The notes under the pieces were generated by a model, which was not told the origin of the DNA, did not search any database, and saw only the letters and a program-made list of their open reading frames with translations. This document shows, in pieces, positions 13,918 through 27,160 of a stretch of 64,000 nucleotides of DNA (the first letter of the stretch is position 1; every line of letters begins with the position of its first letter). The stretch comes from the human T2T-CHM13v2.0 reference genome, Homo sapiens. The stretch is taken from NCBI RefSeq assembly GCF_009914755.1, contig NC_060948.1. One strand, given 5' to 3'. A program made the position numbers and the translations under genes.

Positions 13918-14735
13918 CGAACAGACACTTTTCAAAGGACATACAGGCAGCCAATAAACTTATTTTTAAAAGCTCAATATTATTGATTATTAAAGAAGTG
14001 CAAATCAAAGAAAAAAAACAATGACATACCATCTCATACCTGTCAGAATGGCTATTATCGTAAAGAAATTTATAACAGATGCAGGCGAGGTTACAGAAAT
14101 CAAGGAAAAATTATGCACTGTTGGTAGGAATGTAAATTAGTTCAACTGTTGGGGAAAGCAGTAGGGCAATTCCTCAAAGACTGGAAAGCAGAACTACTGT
14201 TCAACCCAGCATTCCCTTTACTGGATATGTACTCAAAGGAATATAAATCATTATACCATAAAGACACATGAATGCAAATGTTCATGCGGACTCTTCCCAA
14301 CAGAAGACATGGAATTAATCTAAATGCCCATCAGTGATGGTTTGGATTAAAGAAAATGTGGCACATACCCACACAAAATACTATGCCGCCATAAAAAAGA
14401 ATACAGTTATGCCTTTGAGGGAACATGGATGGAGCTGGAGGATATTATCTTTAGCAAAGTAATGTAGGAACAGTAAACCAAATATCACATATTTTCACTA
14501 GAAGTGGGAGCTAAATGATGACAACTCATGAACACAAAGAAGGGAACAATAGGCATGGGACCTACTTGAGGGTGGAGGGTGGGAAAAGAGAGACCAGCAG
14601 GAAAAATAACTATTGAGTCCTAGACTTAATACCTGGATGATGAAATAATCTATACAACGAACGTCCGTGACAGGAGTTTACCTATATAACAAACCTTCAC
14701 ACGTACACCTGAAACTAAAACAAACAAACAAAAAG
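13918..14735 (+). mobile_element. Older L1 3' end (L1PA13-16/L1PB-like)
   Basis: ORF2 C-terminus plus 3' UTR GAAAAATAACTATTGAG...GATGAAATAATCTATACAAC and A-rich tail. Confidence 0.8.
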
Positions 14736-14823
14736 AAACCAAGATAATAGGCAACATTTCCATTTGAATTTCTAAAATGACGGCTTTGAACAGTCTGACC
14801 TCTGCTTTTATTTGGTGCCGCAG

Positions 14824-15036
14824 GCCAGCCAGGCGGGGCGTCGCACGTGGCTGCTTCACCTTGACCATGAGTGTCCTGCAGTTCTTCCGGCTGCTAGCAG
14901 GGGACGCAAGAGTCTGCCTCTTCTGACCCTGGGAGTGCAGGTGTTTTCAGCGCATGCTGCTTGAGGGGGAGAGCAGCGTTCTTCTCAGCACAGACCAGAG
15001 CAACAACGCCTTGCTGTGGGACAGCTGCAGGGAGTG
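14824..15036 (+). other. Candidate orphan exon relic (213 bp, symmetric phase) of an unidentified gene
   Basis: Acceptor CTGCTTTTATTTGGTGCCGCAG, donor GTAAGT at 15037, length divisible by 3, GC/CpG-rich, one frame with a single TGA. Confidence 0.4.
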
Positions 15037-15213
15037 GTAAGTAAAAACTTCCCTCTGACTGCTGAGGATCAGGGACCCAGGAGAAGTGCTTCTTGTGGAA
15101 AATTAAACATAAAAATATCCCATGGCTTTAGTGCACCCCAACGTCCTTCCCCACACACAAGGTGTAGTGGCCACAATGCCAGGTCCACACTGTGGCCTCA
15201 TGCCACAAATGTA

Positions 15214-15790
15214 TCATTCGTCATATAACATCTGTAATAGACATATAACATCTGTAAACAAATATATCAACCATAATACAGATGTGTCATTCCTAATACT
15301 AATGTAACACCTGAAATACTGATCTAACACCCATATTACCACTGTAACACTCATTAACAGCAATAAAACACTCATAATACCAGTATACCATCTGAAACAC
15401 AAATATAACAACCATAATACTGATCTAAGACCCATAATACAAGCATCACTCTCATAATACCAATATACAACCCACAATACAAATGAAACACCCATAACAC
15501 TTATGTAACATGTGTAATGCTGTCCTGACACCTCTAATACAACTGTAACACTCATAATACCAATATACCACTCATAATACCAGTATATCATCCTGCAATA
15601 CAAATATAGCAACGGTAATACTGATGTAACAACTGTAATACTGATGTAACACCGGTAATACTAACACCCATAATACTAACACAACATCTGTAATACAAAT
15701 GAAACAACCATAATACTGATGTAACACCCATAATTACTGACGTAACACTCATCATAAAGATGTAACACCTGCAATACTGACATAACATTC
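15214..15790. repeat. Degenerate minisatellite, ~20-bp unit like CCATAATACTGATGTAACAC
   Basis: Recurrent CATAATAC, GTAATAC and TGTAACAC motifs, cleanest at 15615-15780. Confidence 0.8.
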
Positions 15791-17289
15791 CTACTCTTAC
15801 TGGGGCACTTTCTTTCAGAGCTTCCACTGAGCTGGATTTGGGTTGGATTTGGCCTCTATAATGATGTTTGATGTTGTTGTCTCTGCTTTAGTGAAAAGGT
15901 ATTGACATGGTTGTTTTTATTAAAAAGTAGTTTATTTCTCAATAATTTCATACTTCTAGGAAACTTCCAATAGCTATTAGTATAGATTAATCCTCTCTTC
16001 CAGAATCTCCAGTGGTTTCTGCTGTGCCAGATTTGAAGCTTTATGCAGAATATCCCAGTGGGTTTTACAAAAAGTGGAGACATTCTCCAAGGGTACCACC
16101 ACATAACTACAACATCAGGAAATACAGGATTGGTACTGGTAATGGTAATGGCAAAATATTCACTTACAAACACAAGTTTCATCCTGTCACTCTCCTGATT
16201 TAATTTTGCCAGTGGTTTCCCACTGACCTTAGAACAAGAACCATAGAACTCACCATGGCTGCAGACCCCAAGTTCTCCTGCCTGTTTCCCGTGCCCACTC
16301 AGTCCGCTCAACTGCCTGCAGTCTCATCTGATTTTAATTGTGGGAACACAGTGTCTGGAGTGTCTCAGGAATTTTATGTGCTATCTCTCAATCTATTCAC
16401 CTAGTGCCCACACTTATCTAATTTCCCAAGGCTTTGTCCAGCTAATAAAGTCAGAGCTTGTGCTATTTAACTGTAGAAAAGATAATAATGTGCTGTTTCT
16501 AAAGATGAAAAGAAATTCATTATTTGTTAGGTAATTGATGAGATCACTCTCAACTTATAAATCAAGGAAATGATAGTTAATGCAATGAAAGTTCATGTTT
16601 GGGGAAATTAGTAAATACAACATCTCAGTGCTGAAGACAAATGACCCTATTAATTATTGAAATTACATAAGAATTTATTGGGCAGACTGTTACCTTGCTA
16701 TCTTCCGTAACTGTGTGTTATTAATTCCAAGTTATGTTAGGTTTAAGTACTTACATGTAACGTAGTGCATCAATACATTTAAGTGACAAAAAAGTCCTAG
16801 AACATGACATGACAATTCATATAAATATTTGTAAACCTCCTTAACTGTACAGTGTAAAGTAAATAAAGTAAGCTTAGCTATTTAAGCAGATGAGTTGTTA
16901 ATATTTGAATATTGAAATGCTGTGAGGGTATGTAATTATGTCACAGCTTTGATATGAGACTTGGGGCATTTGTGTATCCATGTACCTCATTAACTTAATG
17001 ACTTCCCTTATTACTTCCTTCTGGATGATAAATTTTGGGCCCATGGAGGCTGAGGGACAAACTGTCAGCTCTATTGGAAACTCTAGTCCAGCAAGAAAGT
17101 TTTCATTTCAGAATATTATTTCCTGCCAGATATTTATTTTCTCATCCAAGCAAACTTGCTCCCCAGCAATATTGTTACCTTAGCTGCTCCTCAGGTCAAG
17201 CTGGACAGGACTAATTTTCCCACACGGAATCACATGACTATGAGGAAAGCTTATTTAGGAAACACCTGATGGAGTAAAACTTATATATT

Positions 17290-18250
17290 TTACTGGTCAT
17301 CTTTTTATGTGCTTGTATTCCATATGCATGTCTTTTTGGTGAAGTGTGTAGTCAACTACTTCTCTGTTTTGTACCTGGATTGTTTGTCTTTTTTTTTTGT
17401 TACTGGGGTATGCAAAGTCTTCATACATTGTCGATAACAGACTGTTGTTACACACATAAAATGCAAGCCTTCCTTTCTGTACCATGTCTTTTCACTTTCT
17501 TGATAGTGTCTTTTGATGCACAAAAATGTTTAATTTTGAGAAAATTCTTTCTTTAGTTGACTGTGCTTTTGGTATCAGATCTAAGAAACCACTGCTAAAT
17601 CCAACATTATGAAGATCTATCCCCATATTTTCTTCTAAAGTTTCTTTTTTTACCTCTAATATGTAGGCTTTGAAACATTTTCTGTTAATTTTATTTTCTG
17701 TTGTGAGAAAAGTACAATTTCTTTGTCTGAATGCGGTATTCAGTTGCATAACAGCATTTGTTGAATTTACTGATCTTGGTTACATGTCAAAAATCAATTG
17801 TCTACAATTGACAATTGTAGACAATTGTAGAGGTACCGTTGGATTTAACCTTCAGTTCCATTGACCTCTGTGTGTGTCCTTATACCAGTATTATGCTGTT
17901 TTGATGACTGCTGCTTAGCAGTAATATTTGAAATTGAGAAATGTGAGTCTCTAAGTTGGTTTTTGTTTTCAAGAATATTTTGGCTATTCAGGATCCCCTG
18001 AAAAGTATATGAATGTTAGAATTGGCTTGTCCATTTCTGCCAAAAGGACTTTGGTATTTTCATAGAAATCACAATGAATTTGCAGTTTGCTTTGTGCAGT
18101 ATTGTCACATAAAAAATCATCTTCTAATCCAAAAGCATTGAGTGTCTTTATGTTTATGTAGGGTTTCTGGAATTTATTTCAGCAGTATTTTGTAATTTTT
18201 CATGTCAAATTCTTGCACCTTGATAAAAGTTTGTCTGGAAAACTTTATGA
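17290..18250 (-). mobile_element. Old L1M ORF2 fragment
   Basis: Antisense L1 motifs; ORF 17492-17749 reads ETLEENMGIDLHNVGFSSGFLDLIPKAQSTKE. Confidence 0.8.
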
Positions 18251-18269
18251 TCATTGGCTTTTTGTTGTT

Positions 18270-18424
18270 GCTCTTTGAGACAGGGCCTTATTCTTTGGCC
18301 CAGGTGGGAATGTACTTGTGCAATCATAGCTCACTGCAGCTTCAAACACTTGGGCTTGAGCAATCCTCCCCCCTTGGCCTCCCAAAGTACTGGAATTACA
18401 GGCGTAAGCCACAACATTCAGCCT
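18270..18424 (-). mobile_element. Alu monomer/deleted AluJ, followed by a (GTT)n microsatellite at 18428-18453
   Basis: GAGACAGGG...CACTGCAGCTTC...CCCAAAGTACTGGAATTACAGGCG. Confidence 0.75.
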
Positions 18425-18759
18425 GTTTTGTTGTTGTTGTTGTTGTTGTTGTTTCTTTGATTGTTTGTTTTTGGTTCCTGTTTTGAAAGTTGAAAAGGAT
18501 AATTTGCTTTATAATCAATGAAAATATAGTACTTTGAATAGGCCAGAAGACATAATGCACAAGAACTTTAAGTTGTATAGTTGACTTATCAACCACCTGG
18601 GTAAAGTTCAATTACTTCTTAAAAATTTGTAGCTGTTAACCTTCCCAAATTGTCTTTAAATAAACTCCTTGAATTGTAGGAATAAAAAAAATGAGACGAC
18701 AAGGCACATTTAAACAATACTGAAGTTTATCAAAGGACTTAAGGAATTTCAACTCATAT

Positions 18760-18864
18760 GTCTCTCTCTCTTTCTTTCTTTCCTTCCTTCCTTCCTCCCT
18801 CCCTCCCTCCCTCCCTCCCTCCCTCCCTCCCTCCCTTCTTTCTTTCTTTCTTTCTTTCTTTCGT

Positions 18865-18942
<78 letters not shown>
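18760..18942. repeat. Compound pyrimidine STR (TC)n(TTTC)n(TTCC)n(CCCT)n(TTTC)n, Alu-tail derived
   Basis: Directly visible; abuts the Alu at 18945. Confidence 0.95.
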
Positions 18943-18944
<2 letters not shown>

Positions 18945-19212
18945 GGTCTTTCAGACAGGGTCTCACTTTTTGTCGAGTGTGGACTGCAATGGTGCCATCA
19001 TGGCTCATTGCAGCCTGCAGCTTCTCACTCCTGGGCTCCTTTGAATCTGTCTGCCTTAGCTTCAGCTGCAATACCTGGTAATTATTTTTCTTTTTCCTTC
19101 TTTTTTATTTTCTTGGAGACAATGGTTTGCCATGTTGCCTGGGCTCTTCTGAAACCTCTGGGCTCAAGAGATGTGCCTGCCTTGACGTCTCAAAGTGCTG
19201 AGATTACAGGCA
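18945..19212 (-). mobile_element. Alu (AluJ-like)
   Basis: AGACAGGGTCTCAC...CAAAGTGCTGAGATTACAGGCAT. Confidence 0.8.
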
Positions 19213-20369
19213 TCAATAAAACATTTATTGTGTTAGGGTCAGTAAAAATAAATCAATGTTTTGGCTAAGTTATGAACATACCTATAATGCAATTATTTGA
19301 ATAACTCCAGCAATGCCATGGGCAGCTACAAACTGATGAATTTTATTAACAAACAACTAAATACACAAAAACACTTAGCCCAATTGTTTAACTGAAAAAC
19401 ATGTTTATTATTTCTAGTTTCCAGCGTTTTCTAGGTCATCATTGTTCATTTTAAAAGTCCTTTCCATAGGATAAAGCAAAACCACCTATGAATTGCCATA
19501 TTTGTTTATTTCTCAGTTATGAAAATGTCCTTAATTTGTTGACATTGCAAACAAATTTCAACTCTGTTATGAAAAACTTAAGACAACCTTCTTAGCAATT
19601 AATTTTATAGTTACATTGCATACAGGGAATGTGCTGTCTGTGAAAAAATACAAACTCAACTACAAGTCTTAAACACTGAAAAGAGTTACCAGGTGATTAT
19701 AATTTATTTTATTATATCAATCTATTGTATTGATATACAATCAATTGTATTTACATACAATCTAGAAAGTTTACAGCTGTCAGAAATTCTAGTGCAGGTT
19801 TATGTGAAATCAGAATTTAAAAGTCCCTGTGGAGCTGTAGGTGTAGTAAAATGTGTAGGTAAAATATGTCCATGCTCTTGACAGTGCTCAGGAAGGGATG
19901 TCTCTCAAATTGACCTCAATGGTTCTCTTCTCAGCAAAATGACCTGGGCCACTCAACAAGGGTTTCATTATTGCTGATGTTTGTGAAGGATCTTTTATAA
20001 AAATTTATTACTCAAAAGATATTTATTTGACATCATGGCATTAGGGTTTTCAAAACCGCTAGAGGTTTTCTTTTCTTCATCCATTATATTTTAAAGGAAT
20101 TCGACATTGATTTCTCAGGAACTTGAACAGTTTCTGGTTAGCCCCACAGTGATTCCAGCCAGGTCCCAATATAGTAGCACAGCCTCAACTCCAAGGCTGT
20201 CCCAGACCTCGGCTGCCTGATATCTGTGTCTTTCAGGGCAGTGGGAAATATTCCAGCTTCTTGTTTTTTTGTTTTTTTGTTTTGTTTTTTTTTTTTTTTT
20301 AGAAATAAAGTTGTCATCTTAATTTCATTTTTGTAGGGTTGATTGCTAGTGAATAGAAATAGATTTTGT

Positions 20370-20920
<551 letters not shown>

Positions 20921-21389
20921 CTAGTACAGGGTTTAATACAGTTGAGCATCAATGCTGTGTTCCTCATCTTAAAGCTTTCGTTCCCAACAATTTAGATGAT
21001 GATTATTATGGGTTTTGCATAAAGATGTTTTATCATGGGAAAAAATTGAAATACAGTTTATTGGATTTTTAATTGTTAAATGTGTTGTCTTTAAGTACTT
21101 TTTATAAAAGTTGAGACAAACGTGGTGTATTTCAACATTTGATTTACATAATATGTTGAAAAGGGATGGCATTAGAATGGTAAAAAAAAAAAAAAACCTT
21201 GATTTTCTGAGAAAAGATCTTAAACATCGTGGTTTATAATGTCTTCACTTATTTGGTTAAATATTATAATGTCTATAGTTAGCAGATATGGTTACGTTTA
21301 GTTTTTTGTCCCAGTGATACCATTTGTTTAATTCAATACTAATTTGGGCTTAGAAAGAGATATGACTCCTTGTACTCTTTTGCATATAA

Positions 21390-24300
21390 GGGGCTAGAGG
21401 TTAGAGTCATACAGGTTGTATTCAAAGTTTTTTAAGCATAATGGTGTAACCTTAAGGATAGAATAGAAACGGAGGATTGGGATAAGGTTTACAATTGCAG
21501 AAAAAGTTCAGGATTAGATTGAGGGTTAGGGCTGGGCTTGAAATAAGATTTAGTGTTGTGGTAGGATTAGGGTTCGAGTTAGAGTTAAGATTAGGTTTAT
21601 GGGTTAGGGTTGAGTTTAGGGCTAGGGGTCAGAATCAGCATTAGAGGTTAGGTTTGGGCTTGGGTTATGCTTAGGTTTAGGGTAAAAAGATAGGCTTCCA
21701 GTTAGAGGTTAGGAATTAGGGTCCTGGCCAGGGTTAGGGTTAGTATTAAGGTTTAGGGTGAGGGTAAGTGTTAGAGTATTTCAGTATTTGGGTTAGTGTT
21801 TAGCATTAGGATAGGGCTTAGGGTTACATGTAGGGTTAGAGTTCAGGGTTCTGGGTTAGGGTTTAGGGTTATTGTTAATGATAGTGATCAGCATTTATGG
21901 TTAGATGTTAGTGATAGTGTTGGGCATATGGTTAGGGTTTTTGATTTAAGTTTAGCATGACTGTTAAGGCTGAGTTTGTGTTGAGGTTGAGGTTAGTGGT
22001 CACGATTAGGGTAACTCTTAGGGTTCAGTTTAGAGTTTAGGATTAGGGTTAGGGTTAGGGTTTAGTGTTAGGGTTTGTTTAGTGTTAAGGTTAGGGGTTA
22101 ACATTTATTGTTAGTGTTAGTATTAAGGTTTTTGTAGAGTTAGGGGCTAAGATTAGGTTTAGGTTTAGGGTTTAGGTTTAATTAGGGTTACAGATTTTGC
22201 TTTAGGGCTAGGGTTAGTGTTAAAGGTTAGGTTTTCTGATTTAGGGTTCAGGTTATGATTAGGTTCAGTGTTTAGGATAAGAGTTATTTTTAGGTTTAGT
22301 GCTAAGGTTAAGATTATGTTAGAATTATGTTAGTTTCACTCTCAGGATAAGGGTATTAGGGTTAGTGTTAGTGTGAGTTTTAGAGTTATGGGTTGCAGTT
22401 AAAGCTACCTTCAGTGTTTTTGGGATTTGGGGATTTATAGTTGGAATTAGGGTTAGCTTTAGGTGGTAGTGTAAGGGTTCGGATTAGGGTTTGGGTGAGG
22501 GTTAGGTTTAGGATTCAGGATGAGGGTTAAAATTAGGGCAAGTGTTATGCTTAGTGTTAGGGTTATAATTAAAATGTTTGGTTTAGTGTTAAAATTTAGG
22601 ATTAGGGTTTAGTGTTAGTTTGTGGTTTAACATTGGGTGCCTGGTTGTGGTTGAGTTAGGGTTAGGATGATGGTCAAAGCGTTTGGCTAAAGATTAGGCT
22701 GAGGGTTAGTGTTAGGCTTAGAGTAGGGCTTTTGATGAGGTGTTAGTGTTAGAGTTAGGGTTTAGGGTTTGGCTAAAGGTTAGGGCATTGTTTAGGGTTA
22801 GTGTTATAATTAGGGTTAGGATTTGGGCTTAGGATTCTCTGTTTAGTGTAAAGTAGGGTTTATGTTTATGTTTGGGGTTGGTGTTCATGTAGGGGTAGGG
22901 TTAAGTTGAGGGTAAAAGGGTTAGGATTTGTGGTAAGGTTAGGCTTAGTGTTAGGCTTACTGTTAGGGCGTACATTTGGGGTTGGTGTTAGTGTTGAAGT
23001 TCGGGTTAGGATTTGGGGTAGGGATTAGGAATAGAGTTTTCAGTTAGTGTTAGGGTTTAGGATTAGTGTTGGGTATTAGCATTTTAGTTAGGGTTACAGT
23101 TAGAGACTAAGGTTTAGTTTAGCATTTAGGGTTAGGGTTTTGGTTTATGGATACAGTTACAGGTTACAGTTAAGAGTTTATGGTTTAGGATTAAGATTAT
23201 AGTTAGGTTTTAAGCTTTAGGTTTAGAGTTATGGTTTAGGCTTATTTTTATTAATGGGTTTAGAGTTAGGATGGTTTTAATGTTAAAGTTCTGGTTTCAT
23301 GCTTTTACAGTTAGGATTAGTGTTACTGTTAGGGTTATGTGTTGAGTTTGTGGTTAGGTGTAGTTTTTCAATGTTTTATTGCTAACATTAGGATTTCATT
23401 TGAAAATAAGGGGTTTGCTTTGGGTTATGTTTTCAAGGTTAGATTTTGGGTTAAGTGTTAGGGTTAGTATTTAGGGTGAGGATTACATTTAGGTTATCAG
23501 ATAGAGTAACTTTTATGTTTAGCGTTACAGGCTATGCGTTTAGTGTTTAGCGTACAGCGTTTACGTTACAGCGTTACAGGTTAAAATTCAGGGTTAGAGT
23601 TAGCTTTAGGATATAGAATTAGTGTTAGGGGTTAGAATTAGCGTTGGAGTTTAGTGGTTGTGGGTCTGTTGGTGTTACAGATAGGGCACAGTGTTAGAAT
23701 TAGGATTAAGATTAGAATTATTGTTTAATGTTATTTTTAGGGTTAGGGTAAGAGTAGATTAAGCTTTAGGGTTATAGTTATGGTGAGTGTTTAAATTTAG
23801 ATTAAGGGGTTAAGGTTATGTTTATTATTATGATTACAGTTGAGGTTACAATTATTGGTTAGAATTAGTGTTAGGGTGAGCATTAGGGTACAGATTGCAG
23901 TAACACATTAGGGTTAGAGTTAATGTTAGTAGTCAGGCTTAGGGTCAGGGGTTAGGATTAGGTATAGGGTTAGGGTTGACCTAAAGATTAATGTTAGGAT
24001 TAGGGTTTGGGTTTCATGTAACAGCTAGGTTTTGGTGTCATGTAGGTGTAGGGTTAGGGTAGTAATAAGAGTTTTAGCATTCAGGTCATGGGTTAGTATT
24101 AGACTTATTGTGAATGTTATGATCATGCTCAAAAAGCAGGTTTAGAAGTTAGAATTTAGGGTTAGATTTAGGGGTTGTTGTTAGTGTTAGGCTTAACGTT
24201 AGCTTTTGAGGGTTAGAGATGGTTTTTTTGTTTAGTGTTAGTGTTTTTGTCTTAGGGTTAGGGTTTTAGGGTTAAGGTTTTAGGCTTAGAGCTTAAGTTC

Positions 24301-24556
24301 AGGTTTCTGTAATGTTTGCATTACACTTGGATTAGGGTTATTTTCAGGGTCAGGGTCAAATTCAGGTTTAGCTGTTAGATTTAGGATTTAGAGTTGGGAT
24401 TTGTTTTGGGGTTTAGGTTTTGGTGAGTGGCTAGGCATAGAGTTGATGTTGGGGTCAAGTTTGTGGCTTAGAGTTGCTGTTAGTGTTAGGGATTCCTGCT
24501 TAGGATTCGGGTAGAGGCTGAGTTAAGGTTAATGTTATGATTAAGTTTAGGGTTAC
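21390..24556 (+). repeat. Degenerate interstitial telomere-like (TTAGGG)n array, ~3.2 kb
   Basis: Hexamer periodicity throughout with TTAGGG, TTAGTG, TTAGGA, TTAGAG and TTTAGGG variants; three perfect units at 22043-22060; G/T-rich + strand. Confidence 0.92.
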
Positions 24557-24809
24557 AGAAGGCACTGGGCAGCTGGCTAGTGTATTACATCATCACTCTT
24601 TTTTACAGAAGGGAGGACTGAGCCTTGCACCCAGAACTTTTCTGCGTCTAAGCTCAGGGCCATCTTAATGCTCATTGTGCAGCCTCATAGATTAGGAGCC
24701 AAAGGAAGTTGGCTTCTGAGGCCACAGCTTTTCTAAATGTCAACCCAGAGCTAACCAAATCCACAGTAGCTTGTGTTTGAGAATGGCAGGTGTTTTGAGG
24801 TAGTCTCTG

Positions 24810-25440
24810 GAAGGCCCAAAGGAAGGGAAGTGGGAAAATGTGAAAGTAAAATGCTGCAGCTGCTGTGGAAAATAGTTTGGTGTTCTGCAAAAGCTAAATA
24901 TAAAATTACCATAGGACCCACAACATCCGCTCCAAGCTGTATATACAAAAAATGTAAAAGAGTTATTCAAAGAAAAACTTGTATACATATGTTCATAGCA
25001 GCATTCACAATAACTAAAATCTGGAAACACACCAAATAAATGTCCACCAGCAAAAAGTAAGAAGCAAAATGTAGTATGCCCATAGAATGGCATAATATTC
25101 AGCTGTGAAGAGGATGACAACTCTAATGCTACAATGTGAGGAAACTTCAAAGCAATTTTGGCTCAAGAAGGTGAAGACAAAAGTCACATAGTGTATGATT
25201 TTATTTATGTAAATATTTAGAATAAGTAAATCCATAGAGAAAAAAGTGCAGATCACTTGTTGCTGGTGTCAGAAAGAGGACAGATTGGGTAGGAGCTTCT
25301 TAATAAGTAGGGTATTTCCTTTTGGAATGATGAAAATAATTTGGAACTAAGATGCGGTTGTTGCCCACAAATATGCATGTACTAAAGATCACTAAGGAAT
25401 TCATTAACAAACAGTTAATTGTATATTATGTGAAGGAAAT
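24810..25440 (+). mobile_element. Old L1M (L1MB/MC-like) 3' fragment
   Basis: KTCIHMFIAAFTITKIWK remnant and 3' UTR-like GTCACATAGTGTATGATTTTATTTATGTAAA. Confidence 0.75.
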
Positions 25441-25619
25441 TGTCGTCACTAAAAAGACAAAATTTCTTCCTCAGCATTCTCTCAGCAATGTGAGCTCTCT
25501 TTCCACAGAGTGCTTGTAGCATGGGGTTCTGGTCCGTCCACAGCCCAGAACTACCTGGGGCCAGGCCAGCCACATACTAGACATGAACTCCCGCCACCCT
25601 GTCCAGCAGCTCCTCGACC

Positions 25620-25840
25620 TGTTACCAGTGGAAGTTATCTGAGTTACTGGTGTCAAATCTATCATGGTCTGCAGTAACTTAAACTCTTCCCTCCTCAGAA
25701 GAAAGGATTTGACTGAGGGGAATAAAGTAGCAAAGGAGACTGAGAAAAGTTTCCCAGCAAACATGGAAGTTTATTTAAAAAGTTTTAGAGTAAGAAAATG
25801 GAGAGTGCCCTTGGGAGAGATCCAACTGGTTGATTTGAAC
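25620..25840 (-). mobile_element. ERV1 LTR fragment (MER51/MER57-like)
   Basis: TGTTACCAGTGGAAG...CCTCCTCAGAAGAAAGGATTTGACTGAGGGG resembles MER4-group LTR ends. Confidence 0.55.
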
Positions 25841-25844
25841 ATAT

Positions 25845-27160
25845 ACCATATATATGTCTTGCAAATATTTTGTCCCATGCTGTTGGTTCTCTTTCCACTA
25901 TGCTGACAGTGTCCTTTCATGCACAAAAGTGTTTAGTTTTGATGAAGTTCAGTTGATCTATATTTTCTTATGTTTTGTGTTCATTCAGTAATATAGCCAA
26001 GAAATCATTTACAGATCCACAGCCAAAAAGCACATGAAAAGATGTTCAAAATCACTAGCCACTTAATACATGAATATCTAAATGAGAATAAGATTACCAC
26101 TTTATCTCCATTGGAATTTTTTATTTTATTTTTTAAGGAAAAGTTTGAGAGTATGTGGAGAAATTAGAACCCTTGTACATTGCTGGTGAGATGGTGAAAT
26201 GGTGGCAATGGTTGCACAAATTGAGCATAGTTAAATAGTTAATGCTTCCAAATTATACACTCAAAAATGTTTGAAATGGTACATTTGTTTACGTATGTTT
26301 TTCCAATGATGACAAAAGCTTCCTCAGAAATCATCCTAAAATAGTTGCATGTGTCATGAAAGAAGACGCTCTTCTCCTATCATGAGTAGAAGCGTATTTA
26401 TTTATTCATGCTGGTATACACACTCCTGACTCTTCCACACCCCCAGCGTGATCTCATCAAGCAGAGTGAGTCCCTTCTCATCTGGCCCATTTGTGCTCCT
26501 TTCCATCACTGCATTCTCCTTTTCAACTCACTACCTGCCCACTAAAAACAACTGTAAATTACCTTGTCTGTTTACCATCTCTGTAAACATTTCTTCTCTG
26601 TAATGTAATAGAAATGAAATCATACAATATGTCATCTCCTCAGACTGGCTTTTATCACTTAGCTTCATGTATGCCTGATTCATCCATGGCTTTGCGTGAC
26701 TTCATAAATCACTCCTTTTCTTTTGATGAATAGTATTTCATTTTATGAATTTACCTGGCTTGGTTAATATTGAAAGGCATCCTGATTCCTTCAAGTATTT
26801 TGCCATTGTCAAGAGAGCAGTTATACATAAGTGCATGTGGTTTTGAGTTAGATGTGACTTTCCAAATCAGTTGTCTAAATACCTAAGTGTGCAATTGTTA
26901 GCCTATATGATGAGACCATGATTGCCTTTGGAAAAAACTGCCAAACTGTGGCAGAAGAAGACAACCATATTTTAAAGTTGCTGTACCATTTTGCCTTCCA
27001 TCGGCAATGAATGAGATTTCCTGTTGCAGTTTTGATTACATTTAAAAAGAAATTTAGATATAGTATAGCTGTTTAGTGCTCTCACTTTTATTTTATTTTG
27101 CCTTCCCTGAATGGAAGGTGTTGTTGAGCACTGTTTTGTTGTTATCATTTGTTCATTAAT
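25845..27160. mobile_element. Mosaic of old L1M fragments in both orientations
   Basis: Antisense 25845-26020, sense 26020-26310 (CACATGAAAAGATGTTCAAAATCACTAG), antisense 26540-27160. Confidence 0.6.

Noticed and set aside
15214-15827. Possible CRISPR-like array or membrane-protein ORFs
   Set aside because: No invariant repeat with unique spacers and no cas genes; eukaryotic minisatellite.
21390-24556. True telomere or chromosome-fusion site
   Set aside because: Highly degenerate, internal and single orientation, with no CCCTAA block.
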